The notes below the pieces were generated by a model, which did not search any database, was not told where the DNA came from, and saw only the letters and a list, made by a program, of their open reading frames with translations. A stretch of 64,000 nucleotides of DNA from Lama glama (Eukaryota): the NCBI GenBank assembly GCA_028534125.1, contig CM052818.1:11906001-11970000 (forward strand), read 5' to 3'. The translations under genes and the position numbers were made by a program. Every line of letters starts with the position of its first letter. The stretch's first letter is position 1. Positions 1-13,680 of the stretch are shown here, one piece after another.

Positions 1-1039
1 TTAAAAAGCCAGTAATATATAAAAAGAGTCATATAGCAGTATAACATGTATTAAGCACTGACATAATACATTCTGGTTTGGGAATTTCTTGATTTCTATG
101 GGCATTTCCTCTATAATAAAAAAATGTCCACAATTTTCTACTTTCAGCTGCTGTTCTCATTCTTTGCCCTGTTACGACTTTGTTGTTTGGCATCTCACAG
201 TCAGTTATCAATGGAACAATTAACCATATAGCATTGATAAGGATAGAAAGTTCAGAAAATTGTCAAAAGAACAGGAAATTCAAGATCTTTTTTTGAAAAG
301 GCTGGTAGTCTCACTGGAAACTGTAATTAAAGTGTAAGTGATTTTGCTTGTGTGTTTGTTACACAGTTCTACTAGTCTAGAGTTAAAGAAACATGGGACC
401 CTACAGTGGATTGCAATGAAAATAGAACTTTAATTCTCTAGCCGGTGATAATAAAGCATAACTCCTTAGGGAGGGATTTTTCCCCGTAGTATTTGCACCA
501 CCTTCCTTTCAAATGCTACTAAGTGTGAAATTAGTGTTGTCCCTCAAAGTGCATAAGATTAATTGTTAGTAATTGAACACAGTTTGGGGGCTAATTATAT
601 AAAAATTGATATTAAAAGAATAGTAGCAGATTGATTGAGTTTTACAGTTTGCATTTAGTTTTCAAATTACATGAGTTGAAAGGCAATGGCAAGAAACAAT
701 AAAAATCCATTCAAAGCTGCTAAAGCAAATTAAGGTTTACTAGTCCTTTGAAAGACAAATGAGTCAAATGCTATAATGTAGGGAAAGCAGTAGAAATGAT
801 TCTGAAATTAACTGTAGAATTAAAATATCAACTGTTCTAAGAATGTATGGGGCTTCACTACGTTTGTGGAGGTGACCTGGCTTTCCCAGTGTGTCTGACT
901 AGTTCAAGTACAGCAAACCAGAATACTAAGGCATTCTTTTGAAAATATAAATTACAATGATTTGGCTGAAGAATGGGAAAAGTGCATGTAATTCATTGCT
1001 TCCCCATTAGTCCCTATTTATCTTTAAATTTTCAGCTAA

Positions 1040-1450
1040 AGACTTCTGCTTCCTGAAATATGGACTCAATGGCCTTTTCCCTATTTCTCCCACTAAGTAC
1101 AACTAAAAGCTCTGGACATTACATATAAAACAAACATAAGAAGGCTCTGAAAGGTGGAAAAGAAAGCAGCCTAGGTAGGGAGCTAGGAACCAAAGGAACA
1201 ACCCAGTGGTGAGTTCTGTGGGTTTTCTTGATGCCTCATACATTCCAGACTGGATGCAAGAGAAATGTCAGAAAACACCAGTGGGTGCAGAGCTAAAGCC
1301 CCAGCAAAAGCCTGTTCTGTCTTGCAGGAACAGAAGGAGATAGCTTAGCAGGACAGAAATTTTTAGACATTGACTGGTTTGTAATAGCAAACACCACAGA
1401 AAAAAAACCCCTCATCCTATCCAGCAAAGGCCAAGTGGAGAGCCTAAACT
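1040..1450 (+). mobile_element. Ancient L1M 5' UTR fragment
   Basis: Resembles old L1M 5' ends (gacttctgcttcc...ctaagtacaactaaaagctctggacatt...gactggatgcaagagaa); recognised from memory. Confidence 0.5.
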
Positions 1451-4379
1451 TTCGCCCTTGCCTTGTTGTCCAGTGCACCCCAAGCTATTCTCCTGAGATC
1501 AGTAGGACAAGATACATACTTCTGAAGCTACTCAACCTTCCTATCCTCATATTTTCTCTCACCACATGTACCCAGCTCTCGTACAAGGCTGTTTATTCTT
1601 TTGTACCCACCAGTCACCCACTCCGACCCGCTACTTTATCCCTGCCTTCCTCTTTGGCTGTCCGGCACTGAGCTCCTTTTGTTCTAATAGCCTGGGCGTC
1701 TACCAGGGCCGTTGGCAGTGTCATTCTTTCCTCATCAGAAGATCTTCTTCCTGGTCTTCAGCTGCTGATTGTATTCTTTCTGAGCTCCCTGTGGACTGGC
1801 CGCACAGATGGGTTTGGACCTACCTGAGGCCAGCCATCGCTTGGGGACTGATATTAAGTGCCAAATAACAGAGCCAGGATGACAAAATACCTAAGGGAAA
1901 AAACCGTTGCCAAACCAAAGAGACATTAACGGAAACAAAATTATTTGAAGGTATTTTAACGTAGTGCTATCAGTCTAAGACAAGGCAACTTGGCTAAAAT
2001 AAATAAGGTCTTAGAGAATCAAGACAAAAACTAATAACTTAGAATTTCAGTGTATTGAGAATCATACCCCCTCTCAAGGGCAATATAATTTTTTCTCAGG
2101 ATACTCTAGAATAGTACATTGATGAAAGTATTTTTTTTTTTAATTCTGGGGAGAAGTATAATGGATAGATTTCAGACTTACTACAAATCAAATCATTCCT
2201 ATATTAGTTAGAATAGTAGAGTTCTGGTGTAAAAATAGGTCAATGGAATGGAAAGAGAGCCTTCAAATAGTATATTATATGTAATAAGTTAATATATCAT
2301 AAAGGTTTTATAAGCCAATAGCAAAAAAAAAAAAAAGACTTGCCAATGACAGTTTTTAGATAATTGGTTGGCAACTTAGGAAGGATCAGTTTTGCCTTCC
2401 ACTTTACACCATATACCAGTGCTTTTTAACTTACTTCTCAAAAAAGAAGGATATCCCCAACTATAGTACCAAGGATGAAAGCAGGAAAGGGAGATGGGAC
2501 AGAGTGAACTGACCCCCACCCTTTCAACTGCCCAACACCAAGTCACCCAAACCATTCTGTTTTCTCACTTTTATAAATCAAATTTCCATATCAGATTTTG
2601 TTTAAGAAAGAGTTTTTCACCAAAAAAGAAAATGAAAGTTTGAAAATTTACCATACACCAAACGGCATTTAGAGGAATGAAATGCTATTGAGAACAAAAC
2701 ACTGAAAATCTAAGGGAACATATAACTCATTATAGTAAACATCTAAAATGAGTAGAACTTTCCAAATATAGATGCAATAGAATAAAAACATAGGAAGGGC
2801 TGAGATGATGACTAGATAAAAATGTGAAACTTTCTTTACATCAAACTAAACCAAAGTAAAAAAAAGATAGTAAGAAAATATTTCTATTATAAGTGAATTT
2901 TAAGTGTTATTAATTTTAGAAAATTAATTTAATTTTAGAAAGCTTTTGTATAGATGAATTAAAAATACAAAGATCTCAAAGTTCAGAAAAAAAATTTGTT
3001 TGGACAGCAATGTCCAAAAGGGAAAACCCAGATAAATACCACAACAATAAAGAGAGGGTGAGAAGTTTCAACCAATTTTTGCAAAATGGAAGGTGGGTAA
3101 AGGAGTGTTGACTGAGCAAAGTGGAAGGGGACAGGGGCGCTGACTGATCTGCCCTACAGAGCCCCACAGTTGGACTCTGAAACATCCGGGAGTGAGACCG
3201 GGAGCCAGAAAGAAAAGGTTTATCGGCAGTTTGGACACAAAATTCAGTCACTGCTGTCTCTCTCTACCCTGTCTCATTCCCTCGCACACACACCTGCACC
3301 CGTACACACAGGCAGAATCCCCAGAAGTCAAGCATTTATTACCCAAGTTACAAAAGTGAACAAGATCAGAGCTGCCTCTTCCAAAGAAAATGAACCACTT
3401 CTCTGAGGGAGAATTCAAGAGTGTGAGAAAGCTGCCCCAGAGCAAAGCTTTCTTTCCTTGCTTTAGGGCCTCTCTGGCATGATGGCTGCCTCCCACCCTA
3501 CTCACCCCAAGGCAGAGCATGTTGGTGGATATACTCTGCTCCTGTACACAAAGCACAGTCATTTAATTCTGTTGTCACAGTCTTAAATATAAATAGGTAA
3601 AAAGGGATCACTTGGCATTGAGGGAAGCCTGTAACATGAAGGAGAATGATCATGAAGTCGAAACAGAAATGTCCATCAAAGAAAGACAGAATTAAGGCTA
3701 ACAAAAATAAATTAAGAAAAGTAATGTCTAATAATACTTCATGAATATTTCATAAAATACTGTATCCATAAAGTATGAACAGGTTGCTATTAAAAGGAGG
3801 GGTCAAGCAGAGAATAAGAAAAACTCATTGAAATAAAAATAGGATGGCTAAACAAAGAACTATCACTAGTACACAAATATATGGGAAAATAAACAGCATC
3901 ACAAGATGCAAATTATACAAATTGACACCAAAATGCCTTTTTTGTTTCATTATTAACAAACGCAAATAAAAGTTTTAATATAGAAATACTCGATGCTTGG
4001 GAAGATGTCATAATTCTCTGCTTATGGTATGATATATTTGTAAAACTCTTTGAAAATAATTTGGCAATATGTATATAAAAAGAGACATAACTCACTTTTG
4101 GCCTAGTAGTTTTGTTTTGTTTCCATCTGGATGGAAGATATAAGGAAATTTAAACAAAATATAGAAACAATGAGGTGCCCCAATGTATTACCACAGTGGT
4201 ATTTAGAAAAGTAAAATCCTGCTCTCAGAATAGCTGTTCCTGAGTGAGCCCTCTGTTCAGCAGGCACTTTCAGAATATCCACGAGCACTGAGGGTGTTTA
4301 AAAATCTCACCCAACAGTCCTCTTGCAGAGTCTACTTTTGGAAGTGAATTGTTCTGTCTTCTCTTCTCACAATTACTGG

Positions 4380-4735
4380 TTAATAAAAGTTGTTGCTAGA
4401 CAAAATAATGCCTGGGATAGGTTTTGAAAGATAAATAAGAGCTAAACAGAGTACAAAAAAAAATAGCATTTCAGACCACAGAAAAAGCATGAGCAAGTGT
4501 GCAGAGCATAAAATGATATAAAGTGCACGAAAATCTCTAAGTAGCTTGGAGTTCCTATTGCTTACACCATTAAGCTGGGCGTGGCGAGAGATGGGGCCAG
4601 GGAGGTAGAAGGGGAGTGCCAGGTCAAGGATGGCCTCATCATATTCCAGACTAAGAAGTTTTGACCTTAGGTAATGAAGAGCCATGAAAGGGTTTAAGCA
4701 GAGGAGTGACAGCTTCAGATTGTGTTTTGATGTAT
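4380..4735 (-). mobile_element. L2 fragment (continues after the LTR nest)
   Basis: Typical antisense L2 text: ggtaatgaagagccatgaaagggtttaagcagaggagtgac. Confidence 0.65.
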
Positions 4736-4741
4736 CACCAT

Positions 4742-5816
4742 TGCTATCTGAAAGGAAAAACAGTATTTCCTCTCTCTGTACTCAATACTCTCCAATACCA
4801 AATGTGTGGGGATTTTTCCCACACCAAACAATTTAACTCTCCAGTGGAAACTGACTGGGCATCTTATTCGGACACCATCTACCTGGAGATAGCATCATAT
4901 CTCACAGACTGAGGGCTCAGTCCCACAAGACTGCCTTCCCCCCACCTCAGACACCCATTGTAAGCCCAGGTTGTCATTTATGCTTCTAACATAAATGAAT
5001 GAATTGGGCTATGAATTGGAGGTTCCCATCTCCACTCCTCAAGTTCAATAATTTGCAAGAATGGCTCAAAGAACTCAGGAAAACTCAGTTTACTTACTAC
5101 ATCACCAGGCTAATCATGTGGTTGGTTCCCTTGGCAACCAGATGCCCATTCTTAGGGAATTTTCAAAGGTCACCTCATTAACATAAACTCAGGTGTGGCA
5201 GAAAGGGGTTTGTTATGAATGACAAAAGGCTTTCTTTGCTCTTATGGCTTAGGAAATTCCAATGGTTTTAGGAGCTCTACCAGACCAAATATGTATTTCT
5301 TATTATAAGTGTCAACTGAAATAACTGCACAACCTAAAAGCAGAGTTATGTTTTACTCTGTGGACAATTCTGAGAACTTGAGCCCAGGATGACAGCCTCT
5401 CAGATCGCTCTGAGGGACTGCTCCACCGAAGAGGTAGGGGAGGAGCCAGGATATATAAGAGCTTCACAACAAAGACCAGATAGTTGGAACATTAAAAAAT
5501 CACTTGTTAACTAAAGAAAACCAGACATCTCAAGTTAAAGAATTTAGCACTTTTCTATGTATGGGAGGAAGCAAACATGTGGGCTCATTGAATTCATTCC
5601 TTTGACAAGCACCTAGCTATCTAGGGCCAGCAATCCTGTCCTTTCTTATTCTGAGTCCCCTCAGAGTGCACCATTGTGAGTAGCTGCAGAGGCTGGGCTG
5701 CAGGCTTGTCTTCCCTGGGGGATGGCAGCAGCCACTAATGACTTGAAGGATTCAGCATTCTTTGTTTACTGATATGGTTTGCAGTATTTTTCATCCACCT
5801 AAGTCACAGTATTACA
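4742..5816 (-). mobile_element. MER21-like LTR interrupted by a younger LTR
   Basis: Reverse complement begins tgtaatactgtga[insert]...taataagaaatacatatttggtc...gagctcctaaaaccattggaatttcc, the MER21-type 5' end. Confidence 0.65.
5310..5799 (-). mobile_element. ERV1-type solo LTR, 490 bp
   Basis: Starts TG and is flanked by a 4-bp TSD TAAG (5306-5309, 5800-5803). TATA-like gatatataag near 5450; splits the MER21-like element. Confidence 0.75.
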
Positions 5817-5859
5817 CTAGAAAAATGGTAAAAAATAAGTGGGGCGTAGAGGGAGTGGT

Positions 5860-6450
5860 GGGAGATGCTGGGTTCGGTTTAGGGTATGTTACTTATATGG
5901 TTATTATAAGACATCTAAAGGGCTATGTCTAGTAGGAAGTTGGATATATAAACAGAGGAGAAGGAATAGGTTAGGGCTGAAGACAACGTTTTTTGAAGTC
6001 ATTAGCATTATAAGTGGGAGTTAAAACCATGGCAATGTTGAGATTGTGTAAGAGTGTGTAAAAGAAGAAAAAGTAACAGTAAAAAATGGAACCCTATGTG
6101 GCACCAATATAAAAGAGTCAGGCAAGGAGAAAGAGTCTACAAAAAAATTAAAAACAAATGAACAGAGGTGGAAGAGGAGAATGAAACAACACTGGGGTGG
6201 AGGGTTGCAAAAAAAAAATGTCAATAGTGTTCAATGGAATAGGGAGATTTATTAGGCTAAGGAGCAAAACACGGCCATTAGACTTGGTTACCTGAAAGTC
6301 GTTGATAATTTTTTTCCCCAACAAGTCTCTGCACAGCCTCATGATAGGAAATTTAATTATTAGTGAGTTATAGGAAGCAAGAGTCACCTCCTCTTCAAAG
6401 GCAACTGATTGAGCAAACCAGGAGAGTAAAAGAGTGTAGAAAAGAATATA
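5860..6450 (-). mobile_element. L2 fragment
   Basis: Purine-rich antisense L2 text (agacatctaaagggctatgtctagtaggaagttggatatat; ccattagacttggttacctgaaagtcgttgataa). Confidence 0.6.
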
Positions 6451-9400
6451 GGGGATGTATGTGGGGGGGATGTTGGGGGGGCTCTTGTTACTGCTTTGTT
6501 CATTTAAAACTGGGAGACCCGTGAATATATTTCTAGGATAAGAAAAACAATCAAGAGAAAATAAAACATGAAAATAAAAGAAGAGGGTGCAATCTTGGAG
6601 TAGACTGCAAGCACTGAAATCTAAAGCACAGAAAGCGAGGGTCTTACCAGGAAGCTGTGGACCGTAACCGTTGAGTCTTGCGAAAAGCAAGTAAATGTAA
6701 ATGTGTGTATAGGAACAACCAGAGTGTGTGTTTTAGAGTTGGGGGGGGTAGTGTCAAGGTGGGGAGAACAGGAAATAAGCTGAGGTCTCACACCTCATAG
6801 ACTTAATTTTTTTGTGAAGTAGGAGACAAGCTCAGCTGGGTAAAGAAATGGAAGAATATGGTAAGATTGGAGCATCACTGAGTCCAAATGGGAGAGGGAG
6901 CTGACAGGGGATAATTTAAGGATTGTGGAATGGCAGTGAGCCCCAAGATCGGAAGCCAGAAGTGTGTGACAGTGCCAGTGTGTATGGTCCTGAGGTTTTT
7001 CTTTAGTTATTCTCAGAATCCCAAGTGTAGCAGGGAAAGCTGTCTGTCCAATTGACCAGGGTGAGATGTTGCTGAGTGGATGTGCTGGAATGGCGGCTAA
7101 AGAGCTTGGAGAGAAAATAGTTCAGGAGCCAAACCATGTAGCTTAGGCCAGAGAGGGGCTAATAAATTAGGGAAAAATTCATCAGACAAAGGACTTTTAT
7201 CAAGTCAAAAAGCATTAAAGTGAGCCTTTATCTGCAGTAGATTTGTATCACTATTATAAGAAAATTATTTGCAGAGTTTTTTTTAATTGATGGAAACTGC
7301 TTTTTCTACCATCAATTTTAAGTATAGAAGTACCCTATATTTACACAGCATGCTAGGATTAAAACATACCATTTTCAGGTTATACTAAAAAGATAAACTA
7401 GTATTAAACAGAGAATAACAATTCATGATATAGAGAAACAACTTTCTGATGTTCATGAAATATGTACCACTTTATTATTTGCCTCAGACCAAAAAAAAAA
7501 AAAAGAAGCTTTCCAACAAATTCATTTTAATAATCACATATTTCCACCTAGGTGATAGAGTTACTGTAAGTATCAAAGTGAATATGAGTAATTTTCAGCA
7601 CACACCAATAAGGACTTTTGGTTCACCTTGGGCTGTGTGTTTTTGGTTTTAACTAAATGAATAGGAAAAATTATAAGAATTAATTTAAAAGTATATGTTA
7701 GAACATTTAAAATAACACATTACTGGCATCACTGGGTAGGGAGTCATCTAAATCGACTTTGGTGATTTTTTTCCTCATACATGGGATGTTTTCAGACTTT
7801 TTGTTACTGACTAGAGAGTACATGAGGCAGTTTATTCATTCATTTGTTCGTTCCTTTGTTCATTCACTCTTCAAGCATGTTTTTGAATGTCTAGAATATT
7901 CTCGATATTGCTAGGGCCTGAGAATCAAAGGTCCCTGTGAGCCCGGGACTCATTCAGTTTTCACACCGAAAATCATGCATCTCAGGAAGCCCTTTAGTCC
8001 CAGGAAAATCAGGAGCATCTTCCTCCTGGGGCCAGATTTGTTTCAAAATATTCCTCAGATTCTAAAGAATCAGTATGGTATGTGTGCCATAAATCATGCC
8101 AACCCCCTAGTCTGGTCTGCGGATGCACAGCCATCATCAACAAACAGTACTATTTTTGCAGAGAACTTCGTCATGCTTTGCCCTCCGATGAATTTGCAGC
8201 AGACACAAAAGGCCTTTGTTTTTCCAAGCTTTTTAGATTTATAATTGCAGAAAGAGATTACTGTGTAAGGAGCAAGCTGTCCACAGGTTAATAGGGGATC
8301 ACCTAAGAGCCCACAAAGAAAGGGAAAAATTAGGAAAACTTTCTCAGTTAAGATAAATCTTGAGCTGAGTTTTAAAAGATAGTGAGCAATTAGCCAGTGA
8401 ATGAGGAGGTAATAGTGTTTAAAATAACAAGAAATGTGCTTATCACCTTTAGAAATTATGAGTACATTTCACAGAGTAATCCTAATTGAGCCTTCCCCAG
8501 GTTTCCTCAGAAAACATTTAACAAGAGCTTCTGCAGTAGAACAACTTACACTTGATATTTTGATATCAATTTCCAAGTAAAGTCAATATCATCTGGACCT
8601 CCTGAGAAAAAGTATTTGAATATTAAATGGAATCCTCTGTTTAAAGGCAGAACGTTGTGTGAGAAATGGCAGAAATCAAAATCTGTCACAGACAGATATG
8701 GATGAATTAAAGCATTATTAACTCGAATATCAAAGTCTCTCAAAACTAGAACTTAAACTGAACCTAAAGGTGTTTGTATTACAAAAAACGTTTTGCCCTG
8801 AAAGAACTTTTTTTGCTTATCTATCATTTTGTGCACAAACATTATCATTTACTAGTTCAAATCTAATAAAGCCTTCTCCATGAATGCATCATTAATAAAA
8901 TCTTCAAAATGGCTTCTCTCAACATTTTCTTTTTGATTTTTCATGATTTAATTAGAAACATCTTTTAAAAGGCTGGTTTTACTGTGGTAGTATCACATCT
9001 GCATTTTCAGCAATATGCTGTTTAATCACAATGGGTTATAAAGTGGAACTCCCAGTACTTATTGTATTATCTAGTAGAACCCACGCATTTCGTATTTTTA
9101 GTGCCCCTGAGTCATCATCTTATATTTGTTCATCAACATTTTAACTGCCCCTCTTAAAAAAAATGTAATTTGATAGTTAATTTTCTAAACTTGTTATTCT
9201 TTCATTTCTTTTCAAAGGAATGCCATTTCATATGACTTTGCTATGCTTCATCTTGTACCTGAACCCTGTTCCCCAACAAATCAAAAGACATTTCTCTCTT
9301 GCTGCCTTGTATTATTTCTGCATTTTTTGTTTAGAGACATAAGCCTAAATCCTTCTAAGGTTTCATGATCATCAGTAAAAATAAATTAGCTATTTTACCA

Positions 9401-9944
9401 CATCATTGGCTAGTTTTAGAAAACACATAAATGCTATGGTGGTAGTATCGAAATTGGTAGCATGAGATTAAAGGTCTAAGAAAAAAGTACATATATATAT
9501 AAATTTACAGGGAGACCTACATATCTGTAAAGAATGGGTTGGTTAGTTTGACAGCAGAAAAAAATGTCAAGTTACTTTCAAAGGAAAGATTTCTTTTTCT
9601 AATAAAGAATAATTATCATATTCTTTAATGCTCAAAGAATGGTTAAGAAAATGTTTTTGGATGAAGTGCTAGTTTGAGAGTATTTCACTCATTGTTTCTT
9701 GTCTGGAACAGAACCAAACCATTTTGTACAAACGGTCGTAAGCCTGTTGATGAAGAGCTAGGCAGCTTCCCACCTACCACCCCCCTACCCTTGACCTTTC
9801 CTTCTCCATTTCCCTCTTCTCTTAAAAGTCAGAGAAAAAGAGGTTAGCGAGTTATTCAGATAAGCTCCCTTGAAAGCTGGAGCCCATTTTTAGCAGACCC
9901 CTCCCCACCGCCCCCAACACAATGCCTTTATCATTGCTTACACT

Positions 9945-10171
9945 ATGCAGAGCAATAGCTTAGAGCACGGGTTCTGGAGTCCAGATGCCTTGATTTCAGT
10001 CCTGTCCAGGTCTTATGTGACTTTGGACAAGTTACTGGACCTTCCTTTATCTTGAAATATAATACTACTACTAGTAGTATTTTACCTACCGGGTTATATG
10101 AAATAAATGCTACAGTTAAGGCATTTAGAACGATTTCTAACACATGGTAAGAATTTAATCTTTGTTAGTAG
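9945..10171 (+). mobile_element. MIR SINE
   Basis: tagagcacgggttctggagtccagatgcc...tgtgactttggacaagttac...aggcatttagaacgatttctaacacatggtaag. Confidence 0.8.
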
Positions 10172-10796
10172 TGAGACAGGAAGGGGGCAGGGCACAGCCA
10201 TTCAAGGAATGCTACAGCAATTAACATCAAAATGGTGAAAGATTCAACCCCCAGTAGGCCTTGAGGCTCAAGATGCTGAGAGATTTTAACTCCTAGCAGA
10301 TCTTGAGCTTCATTATACGCCCATTGTAATGTATTAACATGGTGAATAACACGCCCAGCGGCAGCATGGCAGTCCCACGGCTAGCCACAAAAGGTCAAAG
10401 AGTGGGAAATGGCCAACTTCCTGGGAATCCCAGCCCCTTCCCCAGGCTACTTAGACTGGTCCTTCCACTTACTAGCATATGAAGCCACCAAGCCCATAAA
10501 AACCAGCAACAGGGCGCCTTGTGGCTGCCTCTCTCTCTCCCTCTTTGAAGACAGAGAGTGTCTATGGAATGTGTACCTACTTTTAATCTGAGCACTCAAC
10601 ACCCACACCTTGTGGCCTTTCTCTTGCCTTTCAGTGTATCTCTCTGAATAAATCTACCTTCACTCAACTGTGGCTCACTCTTAAATTCTTTCCTGCATGA
10701 AGCCAAGGACCCACACTTGGCAGGGCACGTCCCAGGGGCTCAGCCGAGACCTGGGACACAGCCCTCTTCACACCACACATCTATTTTCCTGCATCA
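10172..10796 (+). mobile_element. MER41-like ERV1 solo LTR, 625 bp
   Basis: TG...CA termini, TSD gtag/gtaa (3 of 4 match), TATA-like cataaaa (~10495), AATAAA 10647-10652. R/U5 text (aattctttcctgcatgaagccaaggaccc) resembles MER41. Confidence 0.8.
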
Positions 10797-10899
10797 GTAA
10801 TACTATTATTGTTCCCCTGTTTCATTTTTCTGGAAAGGTATATTTCTTCTTCTTAAAAAAAATAAGTACTTAATGCACCCAAGCTGCTCTCCTTTAGGT

Positions 10900-11110
10900 A
10901 GTTTATTCATTAATTCGTTCTTTTCTTCAGCAAGTATTTTTTGAGTACTTGCCATATTCCAGAAACTGTACTAGATTCTGGGACCTTAAGAGTAAACAAG
11001 AAACACAAAGCCCTATTTTCAGACTTGAGAGTCAAGAAGGGGCTTCCCAATTAAACAAGCAATTACAGCATAGTGCTATTATGATAGTAGCAGTGCTGGG
11101 GTGGGGGTGT
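10900..11110 (-). mobile_element. L2 3' end
   Basis: ttattcattaattcgttc...caagtattttttgagtacttgccatattccagaaactgtactag pattern. Confidence 0.6.
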
Positions 11111-13519
11111 ATGGAGCCAAAGGTGTACACCCAACCCAGGTTGGGAAAGCGCCTGGTGGGGAGCCCCAGCGCATTGGAGAATGCCATGCCTTGCCACTCT
11201 CTAAGTCCTAAAACATCACTTCCTCGCCTAAATAGGTGTCTGCAGATTCACAAATTGGATTTATCTGACCCCAAAAAAGAACAGGGCCTTGGGGGCCTAG
11301 GTAGTTAGAAAGCACTCCAACTGATTTTGATGCAAGAGTCCGAAGACGCTTTGCAACAAGTCTCAGGCAAAAGAGGCCAGGCAAGAAATCCTGGAATAAA
11401 ATCCCAGTGCTGCTGCAGTATATCCAAATTGTAAACAAATTGGTATATCATTCAAATAGTGCATTAAAGAAGATCTTTCAGGTATGATGCATTTCAAAGA
11501 CATATTTATCCTAGACAGGACAATTAATCAATGTCATCACCTTCTGTTCAGTAGTACTCATAAACCAGGCCAGAAAGAATTGAGTACCTTATTGTAGAAG
11601 ACTTTCAGGTAAGAGGATTCTGTAGCATTCCAAGATAACACTTTCTAATGATTATAATGAATGTTTATGTGGAGTGTTTAATTACTGGGATAATTACTTT
11701 TCTACTCCCTGACACTGTATATGTGTTGTCCTAGTTTGAGTGTATAACCTGTGCTGAGAACTCTATGCTCTGAGGTATGGGGGAGCAAAATGAAATTATC
11801 CACAATGGTTTTAAAAGCCAATTGTTACTTTTTATCTGTGGCAGAATAATAATAATAATTGGCACCACTTAAATCGTGCCTTTCATCCTGGGACCTCAAG
11901 GCACTCCAACATTGTTACTTCACATTATTTGAGTGAATTTCTTTTGGAAGACAGGGCAAATTGAGGGACTCATAATACATGGTTAGCTATGCTAATTCTG
12001 TTTCCTTTAACAAATGCAAAATAAATAGCCTACTAAACAGCCAGATAGTATCTTGAAGACAAACCCTTTCTAAAGTAGGTTATGCTAAACAGATGTGCTT
12101 TGTTTCATATCAATGTTATTTTTAAAAATTTTCTTCACACAGACATAAATCCCAGACATGATTAATACTGATTTTTGTTGATTTCTATTTTATCAGAAAA
12201 ATGGAAACAAGCAACTTGCTTGCACACAGGAAAAAATGTTTTTAATGAACAGTGTAACTAGATTTTTTTCAAGCTTTGCTGCCTTCGAAACTTTATGAGT
12301 AAATTTTGTGGAAAACTATGTAAATAGAGCATAATTATTTTAAAAATAGAAGCCTTTGTTATTAGTCATCTAACTGTCATAAGTATACAAAGCATCCCGC
12401 TGCAGAGACAAAGGACTAGAACAAAGTTACCTGCAGAGAGTTTTTGCTGTTGAAAGAATAAAAACTAAAGCAATGGGTGAACTTTTGGTTCACAGACACA
12501 AATACTGAACACTAAACCTGGCTGAGGGAAAAGTCACTTTAGCCTGATAACCGGATTACTTAGAACAAAAATAGGGAAAATTAAGAGCTGAAAAGCAGAA
12601 AATTAAGGTGGAATGCAATTTAAAAAGTAAGTAGATGATGTAGGCTTTCATTTTCTTCCCCCCCAGTGTCCAGCTAATTAAAATTACAATCACCATGAAA
12701 GAGTCTAAACTTGGAAAAATCTTCAGCTAATGATTTTGTCTTTTTAATCATCTTCACATTCAAAGTCTTCTTTTATTCATTTAGGTCTTCACAATAAAAT
12801 AAAATTGTTTTTCCCCTGTAAAAATCCTCCTTTTAATTTTCCTTATCTGCTTCTTTTTATATCGTATATTCTCTAGTTCTTTTTTCTCTGCCTCTCTTTG
12901 TGCCATATTCTTTCAGCTTTTTCTTTTATTTTGAACATACTTCACAGAAGGCAAAAGTTGTATAGGTATAGAGGTTGTATTATTTTATTTCTGAACTTAA
13001 CTGCTGATCCAAATACAACTCTTTGAGGCTGCCTCACACACAAAGGAATAATGACTTGTTACATAAAATATACCTTGTAAAATTACACTTTCAAAAATTA
13101 AGTGGATTCAGTTTTCTTACCAGAACTATTTCTTCATTGCTTTTACCACCAGGAGTATTCTTTATATTGCCAAGTGAAATCACGGCTAAAGATGCTGCCA
13201 ATCTTTGGAAATGTTGCTTCGTATCTCCCCTTTACAACTATATTATGCTTCAAACTCTCCTGGAATAAGTGTTTGGGGATGCAGGAAATAAAAAAGCACC
13301 CAAAGAGCATGAAGCTCATAATGGTGACCCTTTATTTAAGTAACCAGATTTACTACACACTAATCAAACCCCACCATCCATACGCTTTGTGTAGGACTTG
13401 CTCCTAAACCGAGAGGTCAGATCTGGGCTTTACGCAGATCCCAGCCCTCTCTTGATCTGTTTCTGCTCCAGCTGCTTAGGTGACTATTTTATTTTCCAGC
13501 TTGCTAGCCTGCATACATA

Positions 13520-13680
13520 AGTAAACTACTTAAAGAATGGGCAGCAGCATTCCCATAGCCTGGGAGCTTGTTGAAAATACAGAATCTCAGGGAGCAAATT
13601 AGATGTCCTGAATCAGAACCTTGTCTTAACAAGAACCTCCGGTCATTCACGTGCACATTAAAGTTAAGAGGTCCTCTTTG
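13520..13680. mobile_element. MER5 (hAT-Charlie) DNA transposon relic
   Basis: cctgggagcttgttgaaaatacagaatctcagg...tgaatcagaacc...taacaag...cacattaaagtt. Confidence 0.7.

Noticed and set aside
6148..6690. Longest ORF in the track (180 aa, minus strand)
   Set aside because: Overlaps L2-derived sequence, is F/L/S-rich low-complexity, and has no recognisable domain.
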